DNA of 64,000 nt from an uncultured Chloroflexia bacterium. GTDB taxonomy: Bacteria > Chloroflexota > Limnocylindria > Limnocylindrales > CSP1-4. Below the pieces are notes generated by a model, which saw only the letters and a list, made by a program, of their open reading frames with translations, was not told where the DNA came from and made no database searches. Numbering within the stretch: position 1 is the first letter of the stretch; every line of letters starts with the position of its first letter. Location of the stretch: NCBI GenBank assembly GCA_963833225.1, contig CAWHXD010000019.1:192001-256000 (forward strand). The letters run 5' to 3'. Made by a program: the position numbers and the translations under genes. Below are positions 29,556 to 39,479 of the stretch, piece by piece.

Positions 29556-31193
29556 TCAGTGGGCCGTCGTCCGGCCGTGCCGGGCGTCAAAGACCGGGCG
29601 CTCCGAGCGGATCTCGGGCAGGCGGTCGAAGTTGTAGGGCGGCGGCGGCGACGAGGTCGCCCATTCGAGGGTGTTTCCCTGCCACGGGTCGTCGCCCGCG
29701 ATCTTGCCGCCGCGCAGCGAGATCAGCACGTTCCACAGGAACGGCAGCACGCTGAAGGCGATGATGAAGCCCCCGATCGTGGCCGCCAGGTTGAGCTCGG
29801 TCCAGCCCGCGTTCGACGCGTACTGCGCGATGCGCCGGGGCATGCCGGCGAGGCCCAGCTGGTGCATCGGGAAGAAGGTCAGGTTGAAGCCGATGAACAT
29901 GATCACGAAGTGGATCTTGCCCAGCGACTCGTTGAGCATCCGCCCGGTCATCTTGGGGAACCAGTAGTAGAGGCCGGCGAACACCCCGAACACGGAGCCG
30001 CCGAACAGCACGTAGTGCAGGTGCGCCACCACCCAGTAGGTGTCGTGGAGCGCAAAGTCCACGGGCACGGCCGCCGAGAAGGCACCGTTGAGCCCGCCGA
30101 TCAGGAACATGGTGAGGAACCCGACCGCGAACAGCAGCGGCGTCGAGAAGGTCAGCTTGCCGCGCCACAGGGTCGCGATCCAGTTGAACATCTTCACGCC
30201 CGTTGGCACCGCGATCAGGAACGTCATCAGGCTGAAGAACGGCAGGAACACCGCACCCGTCGTGAACATGTGGTGCGCCCACACGGAGAAGCCCAGGGCG
30301 CCGATCCCGACCGTGGCGAACACGAAGGCCTTGTACCCGAACAGGGGCTTGAGCGAGAACACCGGCAGGACCTCGCTGATGATCCCCATCGCGGGCAGGA
30401 TCATGATGTAGACCGCCGGGTGCGAGTAGAACCAGAACACGTTCTGGTACAGGACGGCGTTGCCGCCGTTGGCGGGATCGAAGAAGTGGCCGCCGTAGTT
30501 GCGGTCGATGAACAGCATGATCAGGGCGCTGGTCAGGACCGGCGTCGCCATCAGGACCAGCACGCTGGTCACCAGGATGGTCCACACCATGATCGGCATC
30601 CGGAACAGGGTCATGCCCGGCGCGCGCATCTTGAAGATCGTGACCATGAAGTTGATCGCGCCCAGGATGGAGCTGGTTCCGATCAGGGTCAGGCCCATGA
30701 TCCAGAGGTCCGTGCCGGTGCCGCTGTACTGCGCGCCGGACAGCGGCGGGTACTCGGTCCAGCCCGAGGCCGCCGCCCCACCCGAGGCCAGGAAGCCCGA
30801 GGCCATCAGGGCGCCGCCCAGCGGGAGCAGCCAGAAGGAGAGGGCGTTGATCCTCGGGAAGGCCATGTCCGGGGCGCCGATCATGAGCGGGACGGCGTAG
30901 TTCCCGAAGCCGGCCAGGATCGGGATGATGAACAGGAACAGCATGAACGAGGCGTGCATCGTGAACGCCTGGTTGTAGAACTCCGCGCTGACCAGCCCGC
31001 CCATCGTGGTCGCGTCGGCCGGGATCGCAAGCTGGAGCCGCACGACCAGCGCCAGGGTCCCCCCGGCCAGGAAGAACACGAACGAGTTGATCAGGTACAT
31101 GATCCCGATCTTCTTGTGATCGGTCGTCGTGAGCCACTCGTAGAGGCCGCCGCGAACGGCGGGAGCAGCTGGGTTGAGGGTCGTGGTGGCCAT
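29556..31193 (-). CDS. ctaD: Cytochrome c oxidase subunit I
   Basis: TTDHKKIG, WFYSHPAVY, WAHHMF, VAHLHY. Confidence 0.96.
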   Translation of the reverse strand: MATTTLNPAAPAVRGGLYEWLTTTDHKKIGIMYLINSFVFFLAGGTLALVVRLQLAIPADATTMGGLVSAEFYNQAFTMHASFMLFLFIIPILAGFGNYAVPLMIGAPDMAFPRINALSFWLLPLGGALMASGFLASGGAAASGWTEYPPLSGAQYSGTGTDLWIMGLTLIGTSSILGAINFMVTIFKMRAPGMTLFRMPIMVWTILVTSVLVLMATPVLTSALIMLFIDRNYGGHFFDPANGGNAVLYQNVFWFYSHPAVYIMILPAMGIISEVLPVFSLKPLFGYKAFVFATVGIGALGFSVWAHHMFTTGAVFLPFFSLMTFLIAVPTGVKMFNWIATLWRGKLTFSTPLLFAVGFLTMFLIGGLNGAFSAAVPVDFALHDTYWVVAHLHYVLFGGSVFGVFAGLYYWFPKMTGRMLNESLGKIHFVIMFIGFNLTFFPMHQLGLAGMPRRIAQYASNAGWTELNLAATIGGFIIAFSVLPFLWNVLISLRGGKIAGDDPWQGNTLEWATSSPPPPYNFDRLPEIRSERPVFDARHGRTTAH

Positions 31194-31207
31194 CCCTGCG
31201 TGCTCCC

Positions 31208-32341
31208 TTACTGCACCGTGAGGGTGCCGGTCATGTTCGCGTGGATTGTGCACACGAACGGATAGGTGCCCGCCGCGAGTGCAGGAACCGCGTAGGTGAT
31301 CTCCTGGCCGCCGTCGATCACCTTGCCCTCGAAGACCACGGCGCCCGAGGCGTCCTTGATCTCGATGTCGTGGGTGACGCCCGCGACGTCGAGGTTCGCG
31401 AAGTGGATCGAGAATGGCGTGTTGGCCGGCGCGGACAGGGCCTTGGTGGTGAACTCGACGTTCTGCGCGGCCGCCTCGATCGTCGGCCCGGCGGCCTCGC
31501 CGGACGGGGCGGGCGTCGGGGTCGCGCTGGCCGCGGCGATCTCCTTGGCGAGCCACGCCTGGAAGTCGGCTTCGGGCAGCGCATGGACCTCGAACACCAT
31601 CGAGCCGTGGAAGGGTCCGCACAGCTCGGCGCACTGCCCGCGGTAGGTGCCGGGCTCGTCCACCGTGAAGTCGAAGGCGTTGGTCTTGCCCGGCACGACG
31701 TCCCGCTTGAACAGGAACTTGGGGACATAGAACGCGTGGATGACGTCAGCGCTGGTCAGGGTGATGTGGACCGGCTTGCCGACCGGCAGCACGAGACCGC
31801 CGTCCTCGCCCACGGGCAGCAGCTGGCTGAACAGGATCTTGGCGTTCGGCCCGTCGGGCCCGTCGAGGTAGTCGAACCGCCACTGGAAGCGCGCGGCGAC
31901 CGCACGCACGTTGAGGTCCGTGGGGGTCTTGGCCTCGACCGTGTTGAGGGTCTGCCAGGTCAGGGCGAACAGGAACAGGACGATCGCGGTGGGGATCGCC
32001 GTCCAGATCACCTCGACCAGGTTGTTGCCGTGCGTCTGGGCCGGGAGGGTGTCGTCCTCCGGCTTGCGGCGGTAGCGGAAGACCGTGAACACGATCGTCG
32101 CCTCCACCAGCACGAAGATCACGGCGGCGATGGCGAACACGATGTCGTAGAGCTGCTTGGTCGCACTGCCCCGATCGGTGGCCGGTGTCCCGTTGTCGAC
32201 CGGGAAGAAGCTGTTCCAGGCGCTCTGGGGCGTGACGCCGGCAGCAGCCAGCACGCCGATCACGATGACCGTGATCGCGACGATGATCAGGACCGCGACG
32301 AGTGTTCCGGACCCCGTCCTGGGCCGGGAGGGCATCGACAT
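31208..32341 (-). CDS. ctaC: Cytochrome c oxidase subunit II with extra C-terminal cupredoxin domain
   Basis: DVIHAF, CAELCGPFHGSM (CuA); C-terminal H..CTIHANM. Confidence 0.93.
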   Translation of the reverse strand: MSMPSRPRTGSGTLVAVLIIVAITVIVIGVLAAAGVTPQSAWNSFFPVDNGTPATDRGSATKQLYDIVFAIAAVIFVLVEATIVFTVFRYRRKPEDDTLPAQTHGNNLVEVIWTAIPTAIVLFLFALTWQTLNTVEAKTPTDLNVRAVAARFQWRFDYLDGPDGPNAKILFSQLLPVGEDGGLVLPVGKPVHITLTSADVIHAFYVPKFLFKRDVVPGKTNAFDFTVDEPGTYRGQCAELCGPFHGSMVFEVHALPEADFQAWLAKEIAAASATPTPAPSGEAAGPTIEAAAQNVEFTTKALSAPANTPFSIHFANLDVAGVTHDIEIKDASGAVVFEGKVIDGGQEITYAVPALAAGTYPFVCTIHANMTGTLTVQ

Positions 32342-32551
32342 CAAGGTTCCTCGTTGATGTGACGTGCGGGAGCCGTTGGCAGCCGGTCGATGGGCAGAAG
32401 CGGTGTGTCCGGGGACGCGCGCCGCCCGATCGGGGGCGCCGGACGCGGGCATCATACCGGAAGGTCACGGAATCGGGGGGCCGATTGCGGCGTGCGACCC
32501 TGCCGAATGTCACATCGCCGCTCTCGAGGGGATTCGGGCGAGAATGGGCAA

Positions 32552-33607
32552 GTGACCGTGCGCCGCTCCGTTCACCACCTGCTCCGCGCCATGCCGGCCG
32601 CCATCGCGGCCGCCGTCGTCGTCGCGGGACCCGTGCTCGCCCACGGTGGATTGGTGCCGGCCGCGGCCCCCGACGCGGCATCCCTGCTCCTGGGCTGGTC
32701 GGGCGATCCGCTGGTCTGGCTGCCCGCGATCACCGCGCTCGTCCTGTGGTGGATCGGCATCCGGCGGGTCAACGCCGCCCACCCGACGAACCCGGTCCCG
32801 CGGTCACGGACCGTGTCCTGGACGCTGGGGGTGATCGCCATCCTGTTCGCGCTCGACTCCGGCATCGAGCACTACGACACCACGCTGTTCTCCGTCCACA
32901 TGATCCAGCACATGCTCCTGACGCTGGTGGCACCGCCGCTCCTGCTGCATGCCGGCCCCATCACGCTCCTCCTCCGGGCCTCGTCGGCGGAGACCCGGCG
33001 ACGCTGGATCTTCCCCTTCCTCCATGCGCGGGTCATCAAGGTGCTGGCGTTCCCCATGGTCGCGTGGGTGCTGTTCGCCGGGGTCATGTGGATCAGCCAC
33101 TTCTCGCCCCTGTTCGACGCCGCCCTCGAGAACGTGTGGATCCACCGCCTCGAGCACGCCCTGTACCTGAGCTCGGCGCTCCTGTTCTGGTGGCCGGTGA
33201 TCGGCCCGGATCCGTCCCCGTGGCCCCTGGGGCCAGCCGCGCGGGTGCTGTACGTCGGGCTGCAGATGCCGCAGAACACGTTCCTCGCCCTCGCGGTCTA
33301 CGCCTCCCCCGTGCCGCTCTACGCCCACTACCTGACCACCGGGCGGACGTGGGGGCCGACACCGCTCGAGGACCAGCAGATGGCGGGCGCGATCATGTGG
33401 GTCGGCGGCGACATGTGCTTCCTGGCGATGGTGGCCGTGCTGATGTTCCTCTGGATGCGGGACGACGAGCGACGGACGGTCGGGGAGGACCGGCGGCTCG
33501 CGGCCGAGGAGGCGGCGATCCGCGAGCGCGCCGTCGCGCTGGCGTCGCGGCGTGCCGCGGAGTTGGATCCCGCGGAGTTGGGTGCTGCGGAGCAACCGGA
33601 GGGCTAG
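32552..33607 (+). CDS. ctaG: Cytochrome c oxidase assembly factor (caa3 CtaG family)
   Basis: FSVHMIQHMLL, EHALYL..LLFWWP, EDQQMAGAIMW. Confidence 0.85.
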   Translation: MTVRRSVHHLLRAMPAAIAAAVVVAGPVLAHGGLVPAAAPDAASLLLGWSGDPLVWLPAITALVLWWIGIRRVNAAHPTNPVPRSRTVSWTLGVIAILFALDSGIEHYDTTLFSVHMIQHMLLTLVAPPLLLHAGPITLLLRASSAETRRRWIFPFLHARVIKVLAFPMVAWVLFAGVMWISHFSPLFDAALENVWIHRLEHALYLSSALLFWWPVIGPDPSPWPLGPAARVLYVGLQMPQNTFLALAVYASPVPLYAHYLTTGRTWGPTPLEDQQMAGAIMWVGGDMCFLAMVAVLMFLWMRDDERRTVGEDRRLAAEEAAIRERAVALASRRAAELDPAELGAAEQPEG

Positions 33608-33628
33608 GCTCTCGACTCGCGGATCGCG

Positions 33629-33782
33629 GATCGCCCTCACCGGTCCCGTGATCGCCCTCACCGGACCCGTGATCGCCATCTGCATCAGGATCGGCCCTTC
33701 CACGTTGAGTCCGGGACCCGAAACCCGGGTTTCATCGCGAGACCCCCTCGTGAGAGCGACGGATCTGATCCAGATCGCAATC
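33629..33782. repeat. Intergenic 21-bp tandem repeat plus long imperfect inverted repeat
   Basis: GATCGCCCTCACCGG(T/A)CCCGT x2+; arms 33671-33692 and 33762-33782. Confidence 0.55.
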
Positions 33783-33794
33783 AGCGCGAAGCAG

Positions 33795-34802
33795 CTACCC
33801 CTCGGGCGGGATCGGCGCCTCGAGATAGGCGAGGTAGCGGTCCGGGTCGACGTTGCCGCCGGAGACCACGCCCACGATCGGGCCATCGAGCGCGGTCAGG
33901 CCGGCCTCCGCCGAGTGGAAGCGCATCGCCGCCACCGGGAGGGCACCAGAGGGCTCCACCACGAGGCGTGCCTCCTCGGCCGCGAGCCGGACCGCCGCGG
34001 CGATCTCCGCCTCGCTGACCGTCACGATCATGTCCATCTGCGCCGAGAGGTGGGCGAAGTTGAGGCGCCCGATCGACTGGGTTCGGGTGCCATCGGCGAT
34101 CGTGCGGCTGACCCGCTCGGCGGACCAGCCGACGATGTGACCGGCCGCAAGCGATTCCTGCGCGTCCGCGGCGAGCTCGGGTTCCACGCCGATGATCCGG
34201 GCCCTGGGCACGAGCGCCGTCAGGGCGGCCGCGACGCCACTCGCCAGCCCCCCGCCGCCGACCGGCACCAGCACCGCCGCCACGTCGGGCATGGCCTCGG
34301 CGATCTCCAGGCCCGCGGTGCCCTGGCCGGCGACGATCAGGGGATCGTCGTAGGGCGGGATGATCGCGAGACCGCGCGCCGCGGCGATCCGCTCCGCGAC
34401 CAGCCGCCGCTCCTCGGACGCGGTGCCGACGATCACGACCTCCGCTCCATCCTGCTCCACCCGGGCTCGCTTGAGCGCAGGCGCGTCCGACGGCATGACG
34501 ATCACCGCCGGCACGCCCAGCAACGCCGCGGCGCGGGCGACCCCCTGGGCGTGGTTGCCCGACGAGTAGGTGATCAGGCCTCGTGCGCGCTCCTCGGGTG
34601 CGAGCGCCGCTGCCGCCACGTACGCCCCGCGCAGCTTGAATGCGCCGATCGGCTGGAGGGACTCCGCCTTGAGCCACTGGCGGCGCTCCGGACGGCCGAA
34701 CGGGACCAGCGGGGTGCGCAGCGTGATCCCGCGCAGGATCTCCGCGGCGGCGCGGATGTCAGCGATGGTGACCAGGGTCGGGGCAGGATGCTCGTCGGTC
34801 AT
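33795..34802 (-). CDS. Threonine/serine dehydratase (PLP)
   Basis: KAESLQPIGAFKLRGA, SSGNHAQG, PVGGGGL, SGGN. Confidence 0.92.
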   Translation of the reverse strand: MTDEHPAPTLVTIADIRAAAEILRGITLRTPLVPFGRPERRQWLKAESLQPIGAFKLRGAYVAAAALAPEERARGLITYSSGNHAQGVARAAALLGVPAVIVMPSDAPALKRARVEQDGAEVVIVGTASEERRLVAERIAAARGLAIIPPYDDPLIVAGQGTAGLEIAEAMPDVAAVLVPVGGGGLASGVAAALTALVPRARIIGVEPELAADAQESLAAGHIVGWSAERVSRTIADGTRTQSIGRLNFAHLSAQMDMIVTVSEAEIAAAVRLAAEEARLVVEPSGALPVAAMRFHSAEAGLTALDGPIVGVVSGGNVDPDRYLAYLEAPIPPEG

Positions 34803-34815
34803 CGGGGCTCGTCGG

Positions 34816-35163
34816 TCAGCGCCGGCGGACGGTCGTTCGCGAGCACTCGATGCACAGCGCCGTCCACGGCAGCGCCTCGAGCCGCTCGGGCGGGATGGGG
34901 CGCCCACACGCGGTACAGGCGCCGTACGTGCCCTCGTCGAGCCGCGCGAGGGCGGCGTCGATGTCGGCGAGGTGCCCGCGGTTGTGATCCCGGAGCGCGA
35001 GGTCCCGCTGCTGCTCGAAGACATGGCTTGCCGCCGCCGCCTGCGATCCGTAGGTCATGGGACCCGGCGCCTCGATCTCGTTCTCGCTGAGCTCCGTGAG
35101 CACGCGCTCGCGCTCCGCCGTCAGGGCGGCGCGGGCGTCGGTCGGCGTCGGCTCGGGATCCAT
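34816..35163 (-). CDS. DksA/TraR C4 zinc-finger protein
   Basis: GTYGACTACGRPIPPERLEALPWTALCIEC. Confidence 0.88.
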   Translation of the reverse strand: MDPEPTPTDARAALTAERERVLTELSENEIEAPGPMTYGSQAAAASHVFEQQRDLALRDHNRGHLADIDAALARLDEGTYGACTACGRPIPPERLEALPWTALCIECSRTTVRRR

Positions 35164-35310
35164 GGTCTGCCGATCCTACCCGCGCGCGCACAGACCCGTG
35201 AGGGCCGTTCGGCCGATCCGCGTAAGTCGCAGATAAGTGGCTCGGGCCAGACTCCCGTCCTGACTCGTCGGGCAACGTCGCCCGCGCGTCGAGCACAGGA
35301 GGATGAGAAC

Positions 35311-35412
35311 GTGTCCAGGAAGGTGAGGCGGGCGTTCGTGCGCGCGCTGCCCGCGGTGATGGCGATGCTGCCGGCGGTCGCGCTGATCGTCGACGGGGCG
35401 AAGCGATGGTGA
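35311..35412 (+). CDS. Small peptide A, 33 aa (MSRKVRRAFVRALPAVMAMLPAVALIVDGAKRW)
   Basis: AGGAGGA RBS 7 nt before GTG; C-terminus shared with peptide B. Confidence 0.75.
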   Translation: MSRKVRRAFVRALPAVMAMLPAVALIVDGAKRW

Positions 35413-35558
35413 CCATGCGGGCCGGCGAAGGCCCCAGCGGGTACGCCCGGCGCTGGTAGCCCAGCCGCGTCCGAGCGAGCCGCAGCCTGGTGCTCGAGCG
35501 TCGGGGCAGACACCTTCCGGGCAGGGCCGCGTTTCCGGATGTCCCGCATCATGGGCGG

Positions 35559-36134
35559 ATGCATCGCCCCTGGTCGGCCGCGGCCGGCATCATCGTGTTC
35601 GTCGGACTCGGGCTGCTTGCGGTCGTCACCGTCGCGTGCGATGCGGGGTCGGCGGACGCCACTCCGCCTATCACCCCGGGGACCAGCTCGGCGCCCAGGG
35701 AGCTCAACATCGTCGCCAGGGACTTCGCCTATGCCCCCGCGACCGTGGACCTTGTCCCGGGCGAGACGGTGATCCTCCACGTGGTCAACGGCGGCCTCGT
35801 GACCCACGAGGCCATCCTCGGTGACCTGGAGACGCAGCTTGCCTGGGAGAGCGCGGAGTCGCCGTTTGCCAACCCACCGCCGGGCCCGACGCCGGTGGTG
35901 CCGGCGCCCCCGGGCTTCGACGGCGTCCGGGCGGTGGTCGAGTCCGGGCAGCGGATCGACGTCGTGTGGACGGTCCCGGCCAGCGCGGCGGGCGACCCGA
36001 ACGGCTGGTACGTCGGCTGCCACATCCCCGGCCACTGGGCGAAGGGCATGGTGGTGCCCGTCCGGTTCGTGGACCCGGCCGGCAATCCGCTCGCCTCCAC
36101 CCCACCCCTCCCGGCAGGTCTCACCGGGGGCTGA
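35559..36134 (+). CDS. Cupredoxin (type-1 copper) lipoprotein
   Basis: THE...CHIPGHWAKGM ligand set; VTVAC lipobox-like. Confidence 0.8.
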   Translation: MHRPWSAAAGIIVFVGLGLLAVVTVACDAGSADATPPITPGTSSAPRELNIVARDFAYAPATVDLVPGETVILHVVNGGLVTHEAILGDLETQLAWESAESPFANPPPGPTPVVPAPPGFDGVRAVVESGQRIDVVWTVPASAAGDPNGWYVGCHIPGHWAKGMVVPVRFVDPAGNPLASTPPLPAGLTGG

Positions 36135-36273
36135 TCCCGGGCCATTGGTCACCCGCGGATGTGCCGCCGATGCACGCCGGATCCCGATCCGGGGGTGTAG
36201 GCTAGCCCGCGGTGCGTGGACCGCCGCGCGCCCCATGGCCGCGCAATAACAGCATCAGGAGAGCCTCAGAAAC

Positions 36274-36561
<288 letters not shown>

Positions 36562-36630
36562 GGCAGCGCCTCTGTCGGACGCCCTGAGGCCGGTCAGCGG
36601 CCGCGGACGCCCGTCCATCGTCACGCACCG

Positions 36631-36660
36631 ACAGCCCCGCATCGCTGCGGGGCTGTTTCG
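36631..36660 (+). terminator. Hairpin terminator after ferredoxin
   Basis: ACAGCCCCGCA-tcgc-TGCGGGGCTGT followed by TT. Confidence 0.7.
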
Positions 36661-36738
36661 CGTGCGCCGCCCGTCACTGCCGAGCGGGCGCGACGGCCTC
36701 CCGCGGCCAGAGCGGCAGGTCCCCGTAGACTGGGCTCC

Positions 36739-37596
36739 ATGCGCATCGTGTCGCTCCTGCCGGACGCCACCGAGATCCTGCTCGCCCTCGGTCTCGAGGA
36801 TGAGCTGGTGGGCGTCACGCACCGCTGCGACGTGCCCACGATCGCCGGTGAGCCGGCCGTGTTGACACGCCCGGGATCGGCCGGGGGCGATGCGCTCGAC
36901 GCCGCGGGGCTGGTCGACGCGGACCCGGAGCTGATCATCGTGGGCGCCGGTTGGGATGGCGCCGTGACCGCCCGTCTCGTCGAGGCAGCATTCGCCGATA
37001 CGGAGGCGGCGCCAAGCGTGATGACGCACGCCCCGTCGACCGTCGAGGGGGTGCTCAACGCCATCGTCGGCATTGGAGCGATGACCGAGGCCGAGGATGA
37101 AGCCCTCGGCGTCGTCGAGGGCCTCCGCGAGCGCCTCCGGGAGCTCCAGGGCATCGTGCTGAGTCGTCGGGACGGCGGCTTCCGGCCGCCGAGGATCGTG
37201 CTGCTCGGAGCGGTGGACCCGCCCCGGACGGTCGGGCGCTGGATCCCGGACCAGGTGCGGCTCGCCGGTGGCTGGGAGCTGCTCGGGCAGGCGGGCGGGG
37301 CGGGCGAGGCCACCACCTGGCAGGCCGTGGCCGACATGGACCCCGAGGTGCTCGTCGTGCTCCCGGGTGGCCTGCCGCTGGCGGAGGCCGCGCGAGCCTG
37401 GGAGGCTTCTGCACGACCGCCGGGCTGGGGCGAGCTGAGCGCGGTGCAGGCGGGTCGGGCGTTTGTCGTCGACGGCGGTCCGTTCGTGCTCGCGGGGCCG
37501 CGGGTGGTCGACGGCATCGAGATCCTGGCCGAGCTGCTCGACCCGGCGGCGTTTGACGGGATGTCGCCGCCCACGACGTGGCTCCCGGCGTCCTGA
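36739..37596 (+). CDS. BtuF-like (cobalamin/Fe-siderophore) binding-fold protein, no signal peptide
   Basis: MRIVSLLPDATEIL..LVGVTHRCD, GPRVVDGIE. Confidence 0.75.
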   Translation: MRIVSLLPDATEILLALGLEDELVGVTHRCDVPTIAGEPAVLTRPGSAGGDALDAAGLVDADPELIIVGAGWDGAVTARLVEAAFADTEAAPSVMTHAPSTVEGVLNAIVGIGAMTEAEDEALGVVEGLRERLRELQGIVLSRRDGGFRPPRIVLLGAVDPPRTVGRWIPDQVRLAGGWELLGQAGGAGEATTWQAVADMDPEVLVVLPGGLPLAEAARAWEASARPPGWGELSAVQAGRAFVVDGGPFVLAGPRVVDGIEILAELLDPAAFDGMSPPTTWLPAS

Positions 37597-37608
37597 GCGC
37601 CCCGCGCC

Positions 37609-38442
37609 GTGGCCTACCGTCAGCATTTCGACTGCCTGTGGTGTGGAACCGCGTGGGCAACGCGAGGGCCGGACGACATCGAGGGCTGGGCACAGCTGTG
37701 TCCGGCCTGCATGGGCAAGGCCGGCGACAACGCGTTCCTGCGGGCCCGGCTCCGGTCGGGCCTGGCTGCGAGGGCCGCCGCCGGCGGTGGCAAGGGCGGC
37801 GTTCGCGTCGCTGCCGCTCGGGCCGCCCGTCGACCGGTACCGCCGCCGGCGTTCCCCGACGACTGGTTCCTGCGCCGGGGAGCCTTCGCGCACGGGCCGG
37901 TCCACGACGCCGCCTGGGCGGCTGAGCTGGACATGGTGACCCGCTGGCTCGACGACCTCCCGCTTGCCGGCCGGATCGTGGAGCTCGCCGCGGGCACCGG
38001 GTTCTTCTCGCCGCTGCTTGCCGAACGGGGCGAGCTGTTCGCGTTCGAGGCCGACGGCGAGGCGCTGGGCCTCGCGCGCGACCGGCTCGTCGCGCACCGG
38101 CTGCGTGCCCATCTGCATGTCGCGGACCCGTGGGCGACGTTCCCCCCGGGTGCGGATCCCACGCCGGCCGATGCGCTTGTCGTCGCGTTCCAGCTGGGTC
38201 GCGTGCGGGGAGCCGGGCTGGACGCCGCGGCGGGCTCGCTCCGGGAACGGCTGGGCCGGCCTGGCCGGCTGGCGGTCATCGACCTTCGCCCCGATCCCGC
38301 GGGCGGTCCGCCGCCGGGCACCACGTGGTCATGGCACGATCCGTCGCTGGTCGAGGCATCGATGTTGCGGGCGGGCTTCACCCAGGTCGAGATCACGACG
38401 ACCGGCCGGTTCTTCCTCACCCTCGACGCCGTCGCGCGCTGA
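37609..38442 (+). CDS. Class I SAM methyltransferase with N-terminal CxxC..CxxC domain
   Basis: CLWC...CPAC, then VELAAGTG. Confidence 0.65.
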   Translation: MAYRQHFDCLWCGTAWATRGPDDIEGWAQLCPACMGKAGDNAFLRARLRSGLAARAAAGGGKGGVRVAAARAARRPVPPPAFPDDWFLRRGAFAHGPVHDAAWAAELDMVTRWLDDLPLAGRIVELAAGTGFFSPLLAERGELFAFEADGEALGLARDRLVAHRLRAHLHVADPWATFPPGADPTPADALVVAFQLGRVRGAGLDAAAGSLRERLGRPGRLAVIDLRPDPAGGPPPGTTWSWHDPSLVEASMLRAGFTQVEITTTGRFFLTLDAVAR

Positions 38443-38503
38443 ACAGGCTCGCGGACCCTGTCGGGGCGGGAACGGACCAATCGCGGTGGTATCCTCCGGC
38501 CCG

Positions 38504-39361
38504 ATGTCGCCCCTTTCCAGCCGCACCATCGCGACCGTCGGTTCCGGGGTCATGGCGGAGGCCATGATCGCGGGGCTGTTGCGTGGCCACCTCGTCGAGC
38601 CCGGGCAGGTCGTCGCCAGCCACCCGCGAGCGGAACGGCGGACCGCGCTCGCGGAGACGCACGGGATCCGCGTCGTTGCCTCCAACCCGGAGGCGGTCGA
38701 CGGAGCCGACGTGGTCATCCTCGCCGTCAAGCCGCAGATGCTCGCGCGGGTCGGCCGGGAGATCGGGCCGCGCTTGCGCACGGGTCAGCTGGTGGTCTCG
38801 GTGCTCGCCGGGCCGACGACCCACGCCCTGGTCACGGTCCTGGGTCACGACCAGGTCGTTCGCGCGATGCCCAACACCCCCGCCCGGATCGGCAGCGGGA
38901 TGACGGTCTGGTATGCCACGCCAGCCACGACCGCGGAGCAGCGGAGCCAGGCGAAGGCCCTGCTGGCCGCCCTCGGGGCTGAGCTCGAGGTCGAGGACGA
39001 GAAGTGGGTCGCCATGGCCACGGCGATCTCGGGCACTGGCCCCGCCTACGTGTTCCTCGTCATGGAGGCGCTGATCGACGCGGCCGTCCACCTGGGCTTC
39101 CCGCGCCACATTGCACACGACATCGTGATCGAGACCCTGGAAGGCAGCACCCGGTTCGCCAAGCAGTCCGGCGATCACCCCGCCGTCCTGCGCAACATGG
39201 TCACGTCGCCGGCCGGGACCAGTGCCGCCGCCATCCACGAGCTGGAGTCGGGCCGCCTGCGCACGGTCCTCTCCGAGGCCGTGTGGGCCGCCTTCCGCCG
39301 CACGGTGGAGCTGGGCGACCAGATGGAGGCGCAGCTGGCCAAGGACAACGCCCCGCGCTGA
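38504..39361 (+). CDS. proC: Pyrroline-5-carboxylate reductase
   Basis: GSGVMA, LAVKPQ, RAMPNTP, SGTGPAY, VTSPAGTS. Confidence 0.93.
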   Translation: MSPLSSRTIATVGSGVMAEAMIAGLLRGHLVEPGQVVASHPRAERRTALAETHGIRVVASNPEAVDGADVVILAVKPQMLARVGREIGPRLRTGQLVVSVLAGPTTHALVTVLGHDQVVRAMPNTPARIGSGMTVWYATPATTAEQRSQAKALLAALGAELEVEDEKWVAMATAISGTGPAYVFLVMEALIDAAVHLGFPRHIAHDIVIETLEGSTRFAKQSGDHPAVLRNMVTSPAGTSAAAIHELESGRLRTVLSEAVWAAFRRTVELGDQMEAQLAKDNAPR

Positions 39362-39479
39362 ATGGATACCAACCCGGCCGGCGCCGGCCGTCGCACGGCG
39401 CGCGACCCCGACGAGCTCCGGCTCCTCGCCGGATCATCCGGCGGCCTGATCACCTCGACCTCCATGACCGGAGGCCACG

